Below, one piece after another: positions 39,568 through 48,473 of a stretch of DNA of 64,000 nucleotides (positions within the stretch are counted from its first letter, which is position 1; the number at the start of each line of letters is the position of its first letter). A program made the position numbers and the translations under genes. The DNA lies in contig CAMBGF010000001.1 in NCBI GenBank assembly GCA_945866135.1, positions 24,805 through 88,804 on the forward strand. The letters are read 5' to 3'. Source of the DNA: Bifidobacterium breve (GTDB lineage: Bacteria > Actinomycetota > Actinomycetes > S36-B12 > UBA5976). The notes below the pieces were generated by a model. The model ran no database searches. It was not told where the DNA came from and saw only the letters and a list, made by a program, of their open reading frames with translations.

Positions 39568-40179
39568 CTAATTTGGTGTGTGACGAGCTGCTATCTCTTT
39601 TGCTTTTGATCCATCAGGTCCAGGCAGTTCCACGAATACGGCTTCGCGATAGTACTTCAACTCGTTTATCGAGTCCAAGATGTCACCGAGTGCTCGGTGG
39701 TTACCAGTTTTTGGAGGGCTAGCAAAGTAAGCCTTGGGATACCAACGTCGAGCCAATTCTTTAACGCTGGAAACGTCAATGATTCGATAATGCAAATAAG
39801 AATCTATCCGCGGCATATCGCGTTGTAAGAAAATTCGATCCACGTGAACACTGGATCCGGCAAGCGGTGCTTTACTTGCCTCAGGAATGTGGGAAGTGAT
39901 GTAGTCAAAGAGCAATTCTTCAGCAGCGTCTAGCGTCACACCGTTTGGAATTTCTGGCAATAGACCAGATTCAGTGTGCATATTAACGACGAAGGGATCC
40001 ATCGCTTCTAGGCGTTCGGCTGGGGCTTGGATAACAATGTTTAAACCTTCAGTTACCGGCTCAAGTTGGGCATTAGTAATGACACAGGCAATTTCAACTA
40101 ACAAATCATTTTTAAAATCTAAGCCAGTCATTTCGCAGTCAATCCAAACGATGCGGTCAGATTCGATGTTTTCACCCAT
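39568..40179 (-). CDS. orn: oligoribonuclease
   Basis: DEDDh exonuclease motifs (VWIDCEMTGLD, HRALGDILDS). I chose the start at 40179 (MGENIES...). The track ORF extends to 40227. Confidence 0.85.
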   Translation of the reverse strand: MGENIESDRIVWIDCEMTGLDFKNDLLVEIACVITNAQLEPVTEGLNIVIQAPAERLEAMDPFVVNMHTESGLLPEIPNGVTLDAAEELLFDYITSHIPEASKAPLAGSSVHVDRIFLQRDMPRIDSYLHYRIIDVSSVKELARRWYPKAYFASPPKTGNHRALGDILDSINELKYYREAVFVELPGPDGSKAKEIAARHTPN

Positions 40180-40255
40180 TCCCCAAGGGTATTGGAGAGT
40201 AAATTGGGAAGTCGCCTGCGGGGGCAAAGTAAGTAAATGTCATAGAGTCGGATAC

Positions 40256-40468
40256 ATGAAAGGTACTGCCAAATTTATGATGCGCGCTGCTATCGCGCTA
40301 ATGCTTGCCGCGCTTGGATGTGTTGTTGCCTTCGCAGCGATTGGCTCATCTGTGGCAGAAGACGGAAGGCTCGTTGAACCCTTTTTTCTGATTCCGATTG
40401 CATGGTTACTGGCTCTAACAGGCGCAATACTGGCAATTGCAACGTTTATCGTTAGACGCACTAAGTAA
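40256..40468 (+). CDS. small two-helix membrane protein (hypothetical)
   Basis: This is the 70-aa C-terminal part of the track ORF 39974..40468, starting MKGTAKFMMRAAIALMLAALG... It has two hydrophobic helices. The upstream part of the ORF is antisense to orn. Confidence 0.4.
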   Translation: MKGTAKFMMRAAIALMLAALGCVVAFAAIGSSVAEDGRLVEPFFLIPIAWLLALTGAILAIATFIVRRTK

Positions 40469-40512
40469 CGTACTGCAACATAATCGTGATTCACAAAGGT
40501 TAAACTAAGAAC

Positions 40513-41529
40513 ATGACACGTTATGGCACCATGTTTGGACCGAATATTACGTTCTTAGGCGTCGACGAGTGTGATGTTAACTCTCCCGAGACTTACGCAG
40601 ATGCTGATGTAGTCATTGTTGGTGCACCTTTTGACGGTGGCACAAGTTATCGATCAGGCGCTCGGTTTGGTCCAAAGGCAATGCGCGAAACCTGCTATTC
40701 CGAGCATGATGGTTCGCGGCCCAGTATGGCAATGCGGGTTGATGGTTTAAAGGACCTTCGCGTATATGACATGGGCGATGTCGAAATGTTCTCGGGTGAC
40801 GCTGCTAAATCATGTGCGAGCTTGGAAAAAGTTATTGAAACTATCGCAGCCTCAGGTGCTATTCCATTAGTACTCGGCGGCGACCATACTGTGACCTGGC
40901 CAAACGTGACTGGTGTGGCTCGCGGGGCCGACATGTGGGGACGTATTGGCGTAATTCATTTTGATGCGCACGCAGACACCGGCGACATCCAGTTCGGATC
41001 TTTGATTGGGCATGGCCAGCCAATGCGATTGCTTCTGGAGAGCGGCGCGGTTCGCGGCGATCGTTTCATCCAAGTTGGACTTCGAGGATATTGGCCACCA
41101 CCAGAAACTTTGGACTGGATGGCTACTCAAGGTATGCGCGCATATGAGATGACTGAGATTACTCATCGCGGCCTAAAGGAATGCATTGATGAAGCAATTT
41201 CGATCGCACTCACAGATTGCGATGCGATTTACTTGAGCGTTGACATCGATGTTGTTGACCCTGGCTCAGCACCAGGAACTGGCACGCCAGAACCAGGTGG
41301 CTTAAGTTCGCGCGATTTGCTCGACACTGTCCGGCGCATGGCCTATGAACTTCCAATCGTTGGTGTTGATGTAGTCGAAGTTAGCCCGCCTTATGATCAC
41401 GCCGACATCACTGCCATTTTGGGTAATCGCGTAGTGCTTGAAGTGCTTTCTGGAATGGCTCGCCGACGTAAAGATGCCCGCGATGGCACTACTTGGAATC
41501 CGGGTCAACCATTACTTGATGGTCGCTAG
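40513..41529 (+). CDS. agmatinase/guanidino-acid hydrolase (ureohydrolase family)
   Basis: 338 aa with Mn-binding motifs GGDHTVTWP, HFDAHADTGD and SVDIDVVDPGSAPGTGTPEPGG. Confidence 0.85.
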   Translation: MTRYGTMFGPNITFLGVDECDVNSPETYADADVVIVGAPFDGGTSYRSGARFGPKAMRETCYSEHDGSRPSMAMRVDGLKDLRVYDMGDVEMFSGDAAKSCASLEKVIETIAASGAIPLVLGGDHTVTWPNVTGVARGADMWGRIGVIHFDAHADTGDIQFGSLIGHGQPMRLLLESGAVRGDRFIQVGLRGYWPPPETLDWMATQGMRAYEMTEITHRGLKECIDEAISIALTDCDAIYLSVDIDVVDPGSAPGTGTPEPGGLSSRDLLDTVRRMAYELPIVGVDVVEVSPPYDHADITAILGNRVVLEVLSGMARRRKDARDGTTWNPGQPLLDGR

Positions 41530-41554
41530 CGCTATAGTTCTAGTATAGTAACAT

Positions 41555-41583
41555 TTGACGTTATTAACGCTAGGCGTTATTAT
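41555..41583 (+). promoter_or_regulatory. candidate sigma70-like promoter giving a leaderless higB transcript, overlapping direct repeats
   Basis: TTGACG (41555-41560), a 17-bp spacer, then TATTAT (41578-41583). The higB GTG lies 7 nt downstream. CGTTATTA is repeated at 41559 and 41575. Confidence 0.35.
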
Positions 41584-41589
41584 AAAAAA

Positions 41590-41871
41590 GTGATCACTTC
41601 TTTTGCTGACAAAGGAACAGAATTGGTCGCAACTGGTTATCGAGTGGCTAGATACGCATTCATTGAGTCAACACTTCGCCGCAAGCTTGCGTTACTGGAG
41701 ATTGCAGGACAACTTAGTGACTTAAGAGTGCCTCCAGGGAATCATCTAGAAAAACTCAAGGGTGACTGGGCTGGGTTTCACAGCATTCGAGTAAATGATC
41801 AGTGGCGCCTTTGCTTTAAGTGGACCAGCCAGGGGCCAGCAGAAGTCCAGCTAGTGGACTATCACAGATAA
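41590..41871 (+). CDS. higB: HigB-type toxin (RelE/ParE superfamily, 'plasmid maintenance system killer')
   Basis: 93 aa with the pattern ...PPGNHLEKLKGDWAGFHSIRVNDQWRLCFKW...VDYH typical of HigB. GTG start. Confidence 0.8.
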   Translation: MITSFADKGTELVATGYRVARYAFIESTLRRKLALLEIAGQLSDLRVPPGNHLEKLKGDWAGFHSIRVNDQWRLCFKWTSQGPAEVQLVDYHR

Positions 41872-41880
41872 GGATCGCAA

Positions 41881-42192
41881 ATGCCTAAGACAAAAGTTAG
41901 ATTGAATCCGGTTACGCCGGGGGAACTGCTCTGGGAAGAGTTCTTGGTTCCGATGGACATTAGTAGGTATCGCCTTGCTAAAGACATCGGCGTGCCGGCG
42001 CAACGAATTGGTGACATCGTAATGGGCAAGCGAGCTATAACAGCTGACACAGATTTACGGTTATGTAAATATTTTGGGCTTAGCGATGGATTTTGGCTTC
42101 GCGCACAAGCAAGTTGCGATTTAGAGGTTGCTCGAAGTGCGATCGAACTCGAACTTGCCAGGATATTGCCAATTAAAGCGTCAGCCAAGTGA
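41881..42192 (+). CDS. higA: HigA-type antitoxin (XRE HTH)
   Basis: 103 aa with PGELLWEEFLVPMDISRYRLAKDIGVPAQRIGDIVMGKRAITADTDLRLCKYFG. It starts 9 nt after higB. Confidence 0.85.
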   Translation: MPKTKVRLNPVTPGELLWEEFLVPMDISRYRLAKDIGVPAQRIGDIVMGKRAITADTDLRLCKYFGLSDGFWLRAQASCDLEVARSAIELELARILPIKASAK

Positions 42193-42213
42193 TAAAAAAC
42201 TTTGAGCAGGCCA

Positions 42214-43692
42214 CTAGATAGTTCCCTTATCAAGGCCACTTAGAACTTCTTGCGCTCGAACTTTAAGTTCTGGTAAATCACTTAAGCGTTTTAAGCCAGC
42301 AACTTGTTGAGACATGCGATGGTTCTTTGCGAATTCTTCTTTATGGCGGTCCAGAAAATCCCAGTACAAAGTGGTGAATGGGCAGGCAGTTTCGCCAACC
42401 CGAAGCTTCGGATCATATTCACAGCCTTTGCAGAACTGCGTCATGCGAGAAATGTATGCGCCACCGGCCGCATAAGGCTTAGTCATTAATTGACCACCAT
42501 CAGCGTGCAGCCCCATGCCAATTATGTTTGGAACCATAACCCACTCAGTGGCATCGATAAATTGCTCACGCATCCAGTCCAAGAATTCAATTGGATTAAC
42601 ACCTGTCACCAGTGCGAGATTGCTCAGAATCATTAGCCGGGGAATGTGATGAGTCCATGCCCTGGTCTCTATGCCCGAGACGATACCTTGCATACACTTC
42701 ATTTTCGTTTTCGAGGAATCTTGAAATAGTGGCAGTAGCTTGCGCTGCGCAGTAAGACCATTTCTAAATTTGTAGTCAGCGCCTAAGTGCCAATACATAC
42801 CATTTAAGTATTCGCGCCAGCCAATAATTTGACGCACGAAAGCTTCAACTGAAGCGATCGGGGCTTGGCCGGCTTCGTATTTCACAAGCGCAGCAGAAAT
42901 AACTTCAGAAGCGTGAAGTAAGCCATTATTTAAATATGGACTGAGCAGTGAATGATGCAGGGCCCAACTATCGTTACTTACTGCGTCTTCGTATGGACCA
43001 AAATTTGTCAGATTATGCTCGATGAAATGATCGAGTTGAGCTAGTGCGCCCGCCCTGGTGGTTGCCCAAGTCTTAGTTGGATTCAAGCCGAGCTCAGCAC
43101 ACACTTCAAGATCTATTTCATCGCGCTCATGTTCTAAATATTCTGGCCAGGTGTAGTTCTTTGGGGGAGGCAGGCGATTCTCTTTGTCAAAGTTCCAAAC
43201 CCCAGTTTCTGGCTTTCCGTTTTCAACCATGATCCCCAAGCGCAGGCGCTGTGCTCGGTAAAAGGTTTCCATTAAGAAAGTTTTTTGCTTACCTGCCCAT
43301 AACTCAAAGTCCACGCGCGAAGTTAGAAAGAAATCATTTGGCAGGAAGCCGACACCAAATTCTGCGAGCTGGGCAAATTGCACAAACGATGAAGGTTCCG
43401 CTGAAAAAATTGGCAGTGTTCCGAACTCGGTCTGTGCCATTTTTAGGCCATCGATTGTGGTTGGCGCTTTGAGGTATCTGACTTTATAGCCCGCTGCAGT
43501 AAGTTCATTAGCAAAATGTCTGGCCGATGAAATTAAGAAAAACAATCTTTCTTTGTGCCACGGGCGACCTGTTGTCATGCGAGAACTTTCCACAATCACT
43601 ATTTGGTCAGTTGCTGGATCGGCTGTTTTTAAAACCCCGTAATCACGATTTAGATGATCAAAGGGAATATAAAGAATTCGTTTCATGCTCAT
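42214..43692 (-). CDS. FeS-BCP class cryptochrome/photolyase-family protein (probable (6-4) photolyase)
   Basis: Four Cys with spacing C-x88-C-x2-C-x12-C (KCMQG ... [20 protein letters not shown]), the same as the 4Fe-4S ligands of A. tumefaciens PhrB. The start at 43692 overlaps the upstream stop (ATGA). Confidence 0.8.
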   Translation of the reverse strand: MSMKRILYIPFDHLNRDYGVLKTADPATDQIVIVESSRMTTGRPWHKERLFFLISSARHFANELTAAGYKVRYLKAPTTIDGLKMAQTEFGTLPIFSAEPSSFVQFAQLAEFGVGFLPNDFFLTSRVDFELWAGKQKTFLMETFYRAQRLRLGIMVENGKPETGVWNFDKENRLPPPKNYTWPEYLEHERDEIDLEVCAELGLNPTKTWATTRAGALAQLDHFIEHNLTNFGPYEDAVSNDSWALHHSLLSPYLNNGLLHASEVISAALVKYEAGQAPIASVEAFVRQIIGWREYLNGMYWHLGADYKFRNGLTAQRKLLPLFQDSSKTKMKCMQGIVSGIETRAWTHHIPRLMILSNLALVTGVNPIEFLDWMREQFIDATEWVMVPNIIGMGLHADGGQLMTKPYAAGGAYISRMTQFCKGCEYDPKLRVGETACPFTTLYWDFLDRHKEEFAKNHRMSQQVAGLKRLSDLPELKVRAQEVLSGLDKGTI

Positions 43693-43832
43693 TTCGCCGA
43701 CTTGCATTTCTGGGAGCAAAATTTAACATCTTCCCAATCCTGTTCCCATTTCTTTCGCCACTCAAAATCCAGCCCGCAACCCAAACAAGTCTTGGGAGCA
43801 TGACCATTTTTTGTTTTAGCTACGCGGGGCAT
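43689..43832 (-). CDS. DUF2256-like small zinc-ribbon protein
   Basis: 47 aa: [45 protein letters not shown] chose the start at 43832 because the track ORF start 43907 would overlap tRNA-Arg. Confidence 0.65.
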   Translation of the reverse strand: MPRVAKTKNGHAPKTCLGCGLDFEWRKKWEQDWEDVKFCSQKCKSAK

Positions 43833-43877
43833 GGCTCTAAATATAGGTTCAAACGTTAGTTGCTGCAGTAGTGATGG

Positions 43878-43953
43878 TGGTACGCCCGAGAGGACTCGAA
43901 CCTCCAACCGACAGGGTAGAAACCTGGTGCTCTATCCATTGAGCTACGGGCGC
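43878..43953 (-). tRNA. tRNA-Arg (TCT)
   Basis: Minus strand reads GCGCCCGTAGCTCAATGGATAGAGCACCAGGTTTCTACCCTGTCGGTTGGAGGTTCGAGTCCTCTCGGGCGTACCA. Anticodon loop TTTCTAC, CCA encoded. Confidence 0.93.
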
Positions 43954-44035
43954 ATCGCCAGCAAGAAAACCTGCAAGCCTCATAATTCTATCTGCGGTAA
44001 TTCGGCAGTGTTGGGCACGCGTTAGACTCGAGCAC

Positions 44036-45733
44036 ATGGCTGAGTTCATTTATACCCTTTCAAAAGCACGTAAAGCCCACGGCGATAAGGTCATTTTGGA
44101 TGACGTAACGCTGTCATTCCTGCCTGGCGCAAAGATTGGTGTAGTTGGACCAAACGGTGCTGGTAAGTCCACATTGTTAAAGATCATGTCGGGCGAGCAG
44201 CAAGTATCAAATGGTGATGCCATGCTCGCAGCCGGTTACACAGTTGGCATGTTGGCCCAAGAACCCCAGCTTGATGATTCCAAAAATGTTTTAGAAAATG
44301 TGCAAGAAGGTGTTGCCGAGACCATGGCAATGCTGGCTCGATTCAATGAAGTCTCTGCTCAAATGGCAGATCCAGATGCTGACTTTGATGCTCTGATGGC
44401 CGAGATGGGAACTTTGCAAGAAGCCATCGATCATAAAAATGCTTGGGATTTAGATAACCAACTTGAGCAAGCCATGGACGCTCTGCGCTGCCCACCAAGT
44501 GACGCTGATGTGAGCGTACTTTCTGGTGGTGAGCGCCGCCGCGTTGCACTTTGCAAACTACTTTTACAACAGCCAGATTTATTACTTCTTGATGAGCCAA
44601 CTAACCACTTGGACGCCGAGAGTGTTAATTGGCTAGAACAGCACCTTGAGAAATACCCAGGAACTGTTATCGCAATTACCCACGATCGATACTTCCTAGA
44701 CAACGTGGCGCAATGGATTTTAGAGCTTGACCGTGGTCGCGCATTCCCATATGAAGGTAACTACTCGACTTACTTGGAAAAGAAGCAGGCTCGCCTGAAA
44801 GTTGAAGGTGCAAAAGACGCCAAACTTTCCCGCAGGTTGCAAGAAGAACTTGAATGGGTTCGATCCAATGCCAAGGCTCGTCAGACTAAGAGCCGGGCAC
44901 GTTTGGATCGTTATGAAGAGATGGCCATTGAAGCTGAAAAGACTCGCAAGATGGACTTTGAAGAAATTCAAATTCCACCGGGTCCACGACTTGGAAGTAT
45001 TGTTATCGAATCCGATCACTTGTCGAAGGGATTTGGCGATCGCATCCTGATGGATGATCTCTCATTCACACTTCCACGTAACGGCATCATCGGTGTGATC
45101 GGACCTAACGGTGTTGGTAAGACCACGCTGTTTCGCATGATTGTTGCTGCTGCCGAAGCTGATACTTCTGATGATTCAACACAGGCAGATTCTGGTTCAC
45201 TTAAGGTTGGCGAGACTGTGAAACTTTCCTACGTCGACCAAAGTCGTTCCGGTTTAGATCCCGCAAAGAATGTTTGGGAAGTTGTTTCCGACGGCCTGGA
45301 CTGGATCAAAGTGGGCGCAGTTGAAATGCCATCACGTGCTTACATCGGTGCATTTGGATTTAAGGGACCAGATCAGCAAAAGCCTTCTGGAGTACTTTCG
45401 GGTGGTGAACGTAACCGCCTCAACTTGGCACTGACTTTGAAGCAAGGTGGCAACGTACTTCTCCTCGATGAGCCAACTAACGATCTAGATGTGGAAACGC
45501 TTGGCTCATTGGAAAATGCGTTACTGGAATTTCCGGGCTGCGCCGTGATCACCTCGCATGATCGCTGGTTCCTGGACCGAATTGCCACTCATATATTGGC
45601 TTACGAAGGCGACTCGCAATGGTTCTGGTTTGAAGGAAACTTCGAGTCATATGAAAAGAACAAGATTGATCGCTTGGGCGCCGATGCTGCGCGTCCGCAT
45701 CGTGCCACTTACCGCAAACTAACTCGTAGCTAA
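44036..45733 (+). CDS. ettA: energy-dependent translational throttle ABC-F ATPase
   Basis: 565 aa with two ABC cassettes (GPNGAGKST and GPNGVGKTT, two LSGGE signatures). The N-terminus MAEFIYTLSKARKAHGDK resembles EttA. Confidence 0.9.
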   Translation: MAEFIYTLSKARKAHGDKVILDDVTLSFLPGAKIGVVGPNGAGKSTLLKIMSGEQQVSNGDAMLAAGYTVGMLAQEPQLDDSKNVLENVQEGVAETMAMLARFNEVSAQMADPDADFDALMAEMGTLQEAIDHKNAWDLDNQLEQAMDALRCPPSDADVSVLSGGERRRVALCKLLLQQPDLLLLDEPTNHLDAESVNWLEQHLEKYPGTVIAITHDRYFLDNVAQWILELDRGRAFPYEGNYSTYLEKKQARLKVEGAKDAKLSRRLQEELEWVRSNAKARQTKSRARLDRYEEMAIEAEKTRKMDFEEIQIPPGPRLGSIVIESDHLSKGFGDRILMDDLSFTLPRNGIIGVIGPNGVGKTTLFRMIVAAAEADTSDDSTQADSGSLKVGETVKLSYVDQSRSGLDPAKNVWEVVSDGLDWIKVGAVEMPSRAYIGAFGFKGPDQQKPSGVLSGGERNRLNLALTLKQGGNVLLLDEPTNDLDVETLGSLENALLEFPGCAVITSHDRWFLDRIATHILAYEGDSQWFWFEGNFESYEKNKIDRLGADAARPHRATYRKLTRS

Positions 45734-45833
45734 AATCTTTCAAATTTGGAATCTTCCAATTTTTGAATCTTTAGACATCTATCGTTTAGGCCTTGTTTAA
45801 GTTTCGTTAGTTTTCTTGTGTCAGATTTGAGTC

Positions 45834-46316
45834 ATGAAAGATGTTATGACACGAAGTCAGATAAAACCTTGGATTACTCGAAACATTGCGCTCGTTGCGC
45901 ACGATAATCAAAAAGAAGAATTGCTCGACTGGTGTAAGAAAAACCGCGGCTTACTTTCTCGTCATAATTTATTCGCCACTGGCACAACTGGCGCACTGCT
46001 AGCTGATTGCTTAGATCTGCCCGTGCATCGGTTTTTAAGTGGTCCACTTGGCGGCGATCAACAAATTGGTGCCGCAATTGCTGAAGGCAAAATTGATATC
46101 CTAGTTTTCTTTTGGGATCCACTAGAGCCACAACCACATGATCCAGATGTAAAAGCCCTCTTACGCATTGCAACACTTTGGAATGCTGGAATTGCAGTAA
46201 ACCGTACAACGGCAGACATGTTAATAACCTCTGCGCTTTTTGAAGCAGATTATCCAACTAAGCGACCAAACTTTATTGGTGGCACTGAGCTAAGCAGTTT
46301 CGCACAAGTTAATTAA
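45834..46316 (+). CDS. mgsA: methylglyoxal synthase
   Basis: 160 aa with IALVAHDNQKEELLDW ... ATGTTG ... GPLGGDQQIGA ... FWDPL, all MgsA motifs. Confidence 0.85.
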   Translation: MKDVMTRSQIKPWITRNIALVAHDNQKEELLDWCKKNRGLLSRHNLFATGTTGALLADCLDLPVHRFLSGPLGGDQQIGAAIAEGKIDILVFFWDPLEPQPHDPDVKALLRIATLWNAGIAVNRTTADMLITSALFEADYPTKRPNFIGGTELSSFAQVN

Positions 46317-46376
46317 TAGCTGTAATCAGAGACGATACGCTTAAGTACTCATTACCTACCAAGGCAGGTTTCTTAG

Positions 46377-46778
46377 GTGGCAATTCTTACCGTTCCGGTT
46401 CACTTGCGCTGGGGTGACATGGATGTGTTCGAGCACATAAACAATGTTGCTTACGTTGGTTACCTTGAAGATGCTCGTGTTTCCTTACTAGCAAATGCTG
46501 GCTTTGCCCCAGAACTAGATGGCATTAGACAGTTTGTTGTCCGCCATGAAATTGACTATTTGAAACCACTGACTTTTAGGGCAGAACCGATGCAGATGCA
46601 GGTCTGGATTGAATCGATAGGAAACAGTTCTTACGTAATCGGGTACTGCCTGCTCGACGAAGAAGCTGAATACATGCGAGCAAAAACTACGATGGTTTGC
46701 ATGAAGATGGAAAGTGGACTACCTGGTCGTATTCCATCGCAACTGAAGCAAACTTATGAAAAGTTAATGCGCGACTAA
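46377..46778 (+). CDS. acyl-CoA thioesterase (hotdog fold, 4HBT/YbgC-like)
   Basis: 133 aa starting VHLRWGDMDVFEHINNVAYVGYLEDAR, typical of hotdog thioesterases. GTG start. Confidence 0.7.
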   Translation: MAILTVPVHLRWGDMDVFEHINNVAYVGYLEDARVSLLANAGFAPELDGIRQFVVRHEIDYLKPLTFRAEPMQMQVWIESIGNSSYVIGYCLLDEEAEYMRAKTTMVCMKMESGLPGRIPSQLKQTYEKLMRD

Positions 46779-48047
46779 TCTTGTTTGCTCGCGCTGGGCA
46801 AGTGTTGGAATCTTTCGAAGCAAGAATAGCGAAGCCATGGCGATCAAACACAGGACTGCAGCAACGTACCAGGCTACTTCGTAGTCGCCATTAGTTTCGC
46901 GGATCCACCCAGCAAATGACGCAGCGATGGCAGCGCCCAACATGTGGAATGCAAAAATCCAGCCATAAACCACGACAGAGCGGGCAACGCCAAAATACTC
47001 GCGGCACAACTGAACAGTAGGTGGAACGGTTGCAATCCAATCAAGACCATAAAAAACTATGAAGAAAATCAGTGGTGGATTAACATCTGGCCCGAGCACC
47101 ACGGGAATAGTCAATAAAGCTAAGCCGCGCATTCCATAAAAGAAAACTAGTAGCCAAATAGAACTTACTTTGTCAGTTAAATATCCCGAACCTATAGTTC
47201 CGATCAAATCAAAAATTCCCACTATGGCAAGTAGTGAGGCGGCTGTGCTGACTGGCATTCCGTGATCATGCGCGGCGGGAATGAAATGGGTTCCGATAAG
47301 GCCGTTAGTTGACCAGCCACACACAAAGAACGTAAATGCTAAAACCCAAAACGCTGGATGACGCATCGAGGTAAGTAAGACCTCAATAGCACCGCGCGCA
47401 GTTGCCGGGGCGGCTGGCCCAAGATCAACTTCTTGCGTGGCGCCATAGGGCAATAGACCAAGATCTGATGGCCGATCTCGCAAGAAAATAAATACCACCG
47501 GAGCAAGCACCGCGCTACAAGCAGCAACGGTAAGTGATGCGCTTCGCCAACCCGAGCTCTCAATCATAAAAGTAAGAAGTGGCAGAAATATCATGGAGCC
47601 AGTTGCGTAACCTGCAGAAAATAACCCTGTGACCAGGCCACGACGCTTAACAAACCAACGGTTTGCAACCGCTGCACCGAAAATTAGCGCCAGGCAACCA
47701 GTACCAAACCCAACAAATACTCCCCAGAGTAAAACCAGTTGCCAACTTTGGGTCATCAAAGTAGTTAGGAATAGCCCAGTTGAAACCAGAAGTAGCGCTG
47801 CGCAAACTACTCGTCGCATGGAAAAGCGTTCAATCAAAGTGGCGGCAAAAGGGGCGGTAAATCCATAAACAAGTAGGTGCAGTGCTACCGCCCCGGAAGT
47901 CAAACTTCTAGACCAACCAAACTCAGACTCAAGGGGCAGCAGCATCACGCCAGTAGTTGAGCGAAATGCAGCCGCTGAGACAAGAGTTAGAAATGTTATT
48001 GCGACGATCCACCAAGCGCGATGCATTCGAGTCAGTGCTGAGGCCAT
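46764..48047 (-). CDS. MFS transporter
   Basis: 427-aa ORF with 12 hydrophobic helices. This is a family-level call only. Confidence 0.7.
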   Translation of the reverse strand: MASALTRMHRAWWIVAITFLTLVSAAAFRSTTGVMLLPLESEFGWSRSLTSGAVALHLLVYGFTAPFAATLIERFSMRRVVCAALLLVSTGLFLTTLMTQSWQLVLLWGVFVGFGTGCLALIFGAAVANRWFVKRRGLVTGLFSAGYATGSMIFLPLLTFMIESSGWRSASLTVAACSAVLAPVVFIFLRDRPSDLGLLPYGATQEVDLGPAAPATARGAIEVLLTSMRHPAFWVLAFTFFVCGWSTNGLIGTHFIPAAHDHGMPVSTAASLLAIVGIFDLIGTIGSGYLTDKVSSIWLLVFFYGMRGLALLTIPVVLGPDVNPPLIFFIVFYGLDWIATVPPTVQLCREYFGVARSVVVYGWIFAFHMLGAAIAASFAGWIRETNGDYEVAWYVAAVLCLIAMASLFLLRKIPTLAQREQTRLVAH

Positions 48048-48084
48048 ACCCGCACACTATCGGTATTGGATTACGGTTACTGAA

Positions 48085-48459
48085 TTACTCGCTATTTACC
48101 AGACTGTTAGCAGCTGCTACCAAATAATTCCATAATTCCTCACGTGCATGTACTGGCATTTCAAGTTGCGCAAGGGACGCTTGCATGTGGTCTAACCAGC
48201 GATCACGAGCATCAGCATTTATCACGAAAGGCATGTGGCGCATTCGCAATCGGGGATGACCACGTTCGCTTTGATAAGTCGTTGGGCCACCCCAATATTG
48301 TTGTAAAAATAATGCGAGATGGCGACGAGCTTGCACTAAATCATGACCTTGATACATAAGGCTTAGAACTTCATCAGTTTCGATACCTTGGTAAAAGCCA
48401 TCAACAAGTTTTAAAAAGAATTCCTCGCCGCCAACTAGCTCAAATAAAGTGCGTTCCAC
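48085..48459 (-). CDS. glbO: group II truncated haemoglobin
   Basis: 124 aa with WGGPTTYQSERGHPRLRMRHMPFVI, the trHbO signature. Confidence 0.85.
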   Translation of the reverse strand: MERTLFELVGGEEFFLKLVDGFYQGIETDEVLSLMYQGHDLVQARRHLALFLQQYWGGPTTYQSERGHPRLRMRHMPFVINADARDRWLDHMQASLAQLEMPVHAREELWNYLVAAANSLVNSE

Positions 48460-48473
48460 TTGTCTAGTTTGCC

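Noticed and set aside
39255-39722. Track ORFs 39255..39473 (-) and 39447..39722 (+)
   Set aside because: They read straight through tRNA-His and its partial duplicate, or run antisense to orn. The tRNA and the orn gene account for the sequence better.
39974-40255. N-terminal 94 aa of the 164-aa ORF 39974..40468
   Set aside because: This part is antisense to orn. Only the distal 70 aa, which is non-overlapping and has two hydrophobic helices, is kept as a low-confidence gene.
43849-44049. 66-aa minus-strand ORF, and likewise ORFs 56564..56818 and 56686..56883
   Set aside because: Their translations are simply the tRNA-Arg, tRNA-Gly and tRNA-Pro sequences read as codons.
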